The notes under the pieces were generated by a model. That model worked only from the letters and a program-made list of their open reading frames with translations, searched no databases and was not told the origin of the DNA. A DNA stretch of 64,000 nucleotides from the human T2T-CHM13v2.0 reference genome, Homo sapiens. Location of the stretch: NCBI RefSeq assembly GCF_009914755.1, contig NC_060933.1; one strand, written 5' to 3'. The number at the start of each line of letters is the position of its first letter. The first letter of the stretch is position 1. This document shows, one piece after another, positions 60,211 to 64,000 of the stretch. The translations under genes and the position numbers were made by a program.

Positions 60211-63200
60211 GGGAGGAAGGAGGAAGGAGGATGGAGGAAGGGAGGATGGAGGAAGGAGAAAGGAGGAAGGAGGAAGGAGGAAGGAGAAAGGGAGGAAGGA
60301 GAAAGGAGGAAGGAGGACGGAGGAAGGAGGATGGAGGAAGGAGGAAGGAGGACGGAGGAAGGAGGATGGAGGAAGGAGGAAGGAGGAAGGGAGGAAGGAG
60401 GATGGAGGAAGGAGGACGGAGGAAGGAGGATGGAGGAAGGAGGAAGGAGGATGGAGGAAGGGAGGATGGAGGAAGGAGGATGGAGGAAGGAGGAAGGAGG
60501 AAGGAGGAAGGGAGGAAGGAGGATGGAGGAAGGAGGAAGGAGGACGGAGGAAGGAGGATGGAGGAAGGAGGAAGGAGGAAGGGAGGAAGGAGGATGGAGG
60601 AAGGAGGAAGGAGGACGGAGGAAGGAGGATGGAGGAAGGAGGAAGGAGGATGGAGGAAGGGAGGATGGAGGAAGGAGGATGGAGGAAGGAGGGAAGGAGG
60701 AAGGGAGGAAGGAGGATGGAGGAAGGAGGAAGGAGGACGGAGGAAGGAGGATGGAGGATGGAGGAAGGGAGGATGGAGGAAGGAGGATGGAGGAAGGAGG
60801 AAGGAGGATGGAGGAAGGGAGGATGGAGGAAGGAGAAAGGAGGAAGGAGAAAGGAGGAAGGAGGAAGGAGGAAGGAGAAAGGGAGGAAGGAGAAAGGAGG
60901 AAGGAGGACGGAGGAAGGAGGACGGAGGAAGGAGGAAGGAGGAAGGAGGAAGGAGGAAGGAGGAAGGAGGAAGGAGGAAGGAGGATGGAGGAAGGAGGAA
61001 GGAGGAAGGAGGAAGGAGGAAGGAGGAAGGAGGAAGGAGAAAGGAGGAAGGAGGACGGAGGAAGGAGGAAGGAGGAAGGAGGAAGGAGGAAGGAGGAAGG
61101 AGGAAGGAGGAAGGAGGAAGGAGGAAGGAGGATGGAGGAAGGGAGGATGGAGGAAGGAGAAAGGAGGAAGGAGGAAGGAGGAAGGAGGAAGGGAGGAAGG
61201 AGGAAGGAGGAAGGAGGAAGGAGGAAGGAGGAAGGAGGAAGGGAGGAAGGAGAAAGGAGGAAGGAGGACGGAGGAAGGAGGAAGGAGGAAGGAGGAAGGA
61301 GGAGGAAGGAGGAAGGAGGAAGGAGGAAGGAGGAAGGAGGAAGGAGGATGGAGGAAGGAGGAAGGAGGAAGGAGGAAGGAGGAAGGAGGATGGAGGAAGG
61401 GAGGATGGAGGAAGGAGAAAGGAGGAAGGAGAAAGGAGGAAGGAGGAAGGAGGAAGGAGGAAGGAGGAAGGGAGGAAGGAGAAAGGAGGAAGGAGGACGG
61501 AGGAAGGAGGAAGGAGGAAGGAGGAAGGAGGAAGGAGGAAGGAGGAAGGAGGAAGGAGGAAGGAGGATGGAGGAAGGAGGAAGGAGGAAGGAGGAAGGAG
61601 GAAGGAGGAAGGAGGAAGGGAGGAAGGAGGAAGGAGGAAGGGAGGAAGGAGAAAGGAGGAAGGAGGACGGAGGAAGGAGGAAGGAGGACGGAGGAAGGAG
61701 GAAGGGAGGAAGGAGAAGGAGGAAGGAGGAAGGGAGGAAGGAGAAAGGAGGAAGGAGGACGGAGGAAGGAGGAAGGAGGAAGGAGGAAGGAGGAAGGAGG
61801 AAGGAGGAAGGAGGAAGGAGGAAGGAGGAAGGAGGAAGGAGGAAGGAGGAAGGAGGATGGAGGAAGGGAGGATGGAGGAAGGAGAAAGGAGGAAGGAGGA
61901 AGGAGGAAGGAGGAAGGGAGGAAGGAGGAAGGAGGAAGGAGTAAGGAGGAAGGAGGAAGGAGGAAGGAGGAAGGGAGGAAGGAGAAAGGAGGAAGGAGGA
62001 CGGAGGAAGGAGGAAGGAGGAAGGAGGAAGGAGGAAGGAGGAAGGAGGAAGGAGGAAGGAGGAAGGAGGAAGGAGGAAGGAGGATGGAGGAAGGAGGAAG
62101 GAGGAAGGAGGAAGGAGGAAGGAGGATGGAGGAAGGGAGGATGGAGGAAGGAGAAAGGAGGAAGGAGAAAGGAGGAAGGAGGAAGGAGGAAGGAGAAAGG
62201 GAGGAAGGAGAAAGGAGGAAGGAGGACGGAGGAAGGAGGAAGGAGGAAGGAGGAAGGAGGAAGGAGGATGGAGGAAGGAGGAAGGAGGAAGGAGGAAGGA
62301 GGAAGGAGGAAGGAGGAAGGAGGAAGGGAGGAAGGAGGAAGGAGGATGGAGGAAGGAGGAAGGAGGAAGGAGGAAGGAGGAAGGAGGATGGAGGAAGGAG
62401 GAAGGAGGAAGGAGGAAGGAGGAAGGAGGAAGGAGGAAGGGAGGAAGGAGGATGGAGGAAGGAGGAAGGAGGAAGGAGGAAGGAGGAAGGAGGAAGGAGG
62501 AAGGAGGAAGGAGGAAGGGAGGATGGAGGAAGGAGGACGGAGGAAGGAGGAAGGAGGAAGGAGGATGGAGGAAGGGAGGATGGAGGAAGGAGAAAGGAGG
62601 AAGGAGGAAGGAGGAAGGAGGAAGGAGAAAGGGAGGAAGGAGGAAGGAGGAAGGAGGAAGGAGGAAGGAGGAAGGAGGAAGGAGGAAGGAGGAAGGGAGG
62701 AAGGAGGATGGAGGAAGGAGGAAGGAGGAAGGAGGAAGGAGGAAGGAGGAAGGAGGAAGGAGGAAGGGAGGAAGGAGGATGGAGGAAGGAGGAAGGAGGA
62801 AGGAGGAAGGAGGACGGAGGAAGGAGGATGGAGGAAGGAGGAAGGAGGAAGGGAGGAAGGAGGATGGAGGAAGGAGGAAGGAGGACGGAGGAAGGAGGAA
62901 GGAGGACGGAGGAAGGAGGATGGAGGAAGGAGGAAGGAGGAAGGGAGGAAGGAGGATGGAGGAAGGAGGAAGGAGGACGGAGGAAGGAGGATGGAGGAAG
63001 GAGGAAGGAGGATGGAGGAAGGGAGGATGGAGGAAGGAGGATGGAGGAAGGAGGAAGGAGGAAGGAGGAAGGAGGAAGGAGGAAGGAGGAAGGGAGGAAG
63101 GAGGATGGAGGAAGGAGGAAGGAGGAAGGAGGAAGGAGGATGGAGGAAGGAGGAAGGAGGAAGGAGGAAGGAGGAAGGAGGAAGGAGGAAGGAGGAAGGA

Positions 63201-63767
63201 GGAAGGAGAAAGGAGGAAGGAGGACGGAGGAAGGAGGAAGGAGGAAGGAGGAAGGAGGAAGGAGAAAGGGAGGATGGAGGAAGGAGGAAGGGAGGAAGGA
63301 GGAAGGAGGAAGGAGGAAGGAGAAAGGGAGGAAGGAGGAAGGAGGAAGGAGGAAGGAGGAAGGAGGAAGGAGGAAGGGAGGATGGAGGAAGGAGAAAGGG
63401 AGGAAGGAGGAAGGAGGAAGGAGGAAGGAGGATGGAGGAAGGAGAAAGGGAGGAAGGAGGAAGGAGGAAGGAGGAAGGAGGATGGAGGAAGGAGGAAGGA
63501 GGAAGGAGGAAGGGAGGATGGAGGAAGGAGGAAGGAGGAAGGAGGAAGGAGGAAGGAGGAAGGAGGAAGGAGGAAGGAGGAAGGAGGAAGGAGGAAGGAG
63601 GAAGAGGAAGGAGGAAGGAGGAAGGAGGAAGGAGAAGGGAGGAAGAGGAAGGAGGAAGGAGGAAGGAGGAAGGAGGAAGGAGGAAGGAGGAAGGAGAAGA
63701 GGAAGGAGGAAGGAGGAAGGAGAAAGGGAGGAAGGAGGAAGGAGGAAGGAGGAAGGAGGAAGGAGGA
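60211..63767. repeat. ~3.55-kb near-pure purine heptamer repeat (GGAGGAA)n with GGAT/GGAC/GAAA variants
   Basis: Directly visible; pyrimidines occur only as isolated T or C. Confidence 0.98.
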
Positions 63768-64000
63768 CCTAGAAACACTGCAAAATCCAGATAAAATTCA
63801 AACTTCCGGCCAGGTGCCAGCCTGTACCCTCCTGAGATTCAAGGGCCCCATGGAAGGGGCCTCAGTGCATCTTCCCGGCCCTTGCAGGGGGTCCTGGGAG
63901 CAAAGGGGACCTGGCTTCCCTTGGTGTCCAACGACACAGGCAGGTGTGGCCATCAGCCTGTCCAGAGGGGCCTGGGAGGAGTGGCTGGAGTCCTGCGGAC

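Noticed and set aside
60088-63794. ~1200-aa charged or PSSFLL ORFs
   Set aside because: Translation of a simple purine repeat that lacks stop codons.

Overview
Primate (almost certainly human) genomic DNA. The window holds the 3' part of EXD3 (Mut-7 homolog: DEDDy 3'-5' exonuclease plus Mut7-C domain) on the minus strand. I traced 14 coding exons by hand from 59570 to the stop at 870. All have GT/AG boundaries and consistent phase, 1874 nt in total; from memory these are exons 9-22 at 9q34.3, with NRARP just left of the window. About a third of the window is intronic tandem repeat: 36-bp (~2 kb), 32-bp (~9.2 kb), 10/11-bp (~3.5 kb), 44/46-bp (~1 kb), two 35-bp arrays, a ~3.55-kb GGAGGAA purine tract and smaller arrays. 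A 33.8-kb intron is filled with nested L1, Alu and LTR relics. Almost all long ORFs in the track are artefacts of repeats or GC-rich DNA. I cannot demonstrate a wholly new biological system. The best leads are: (1) a dense cluster of RBPJ/CSL (Notch) sites with NRF2/AP-1 and RUNX motifs and an intronic CpG island; (2) a candidate alternative terminal exon that would remove most of Mut7-C; (3) minisatellites whose birth can be traced to L1 ORF1 and a MER21-like LTR; (4) a hairpin-creating variant that dominates the 9-kb array; (5) an intragenic duplication carrying its own GATA/G4 VNTR. Repeat family names and exon numbers come from recognition, not from a search, and repeat boundaries are approximate.
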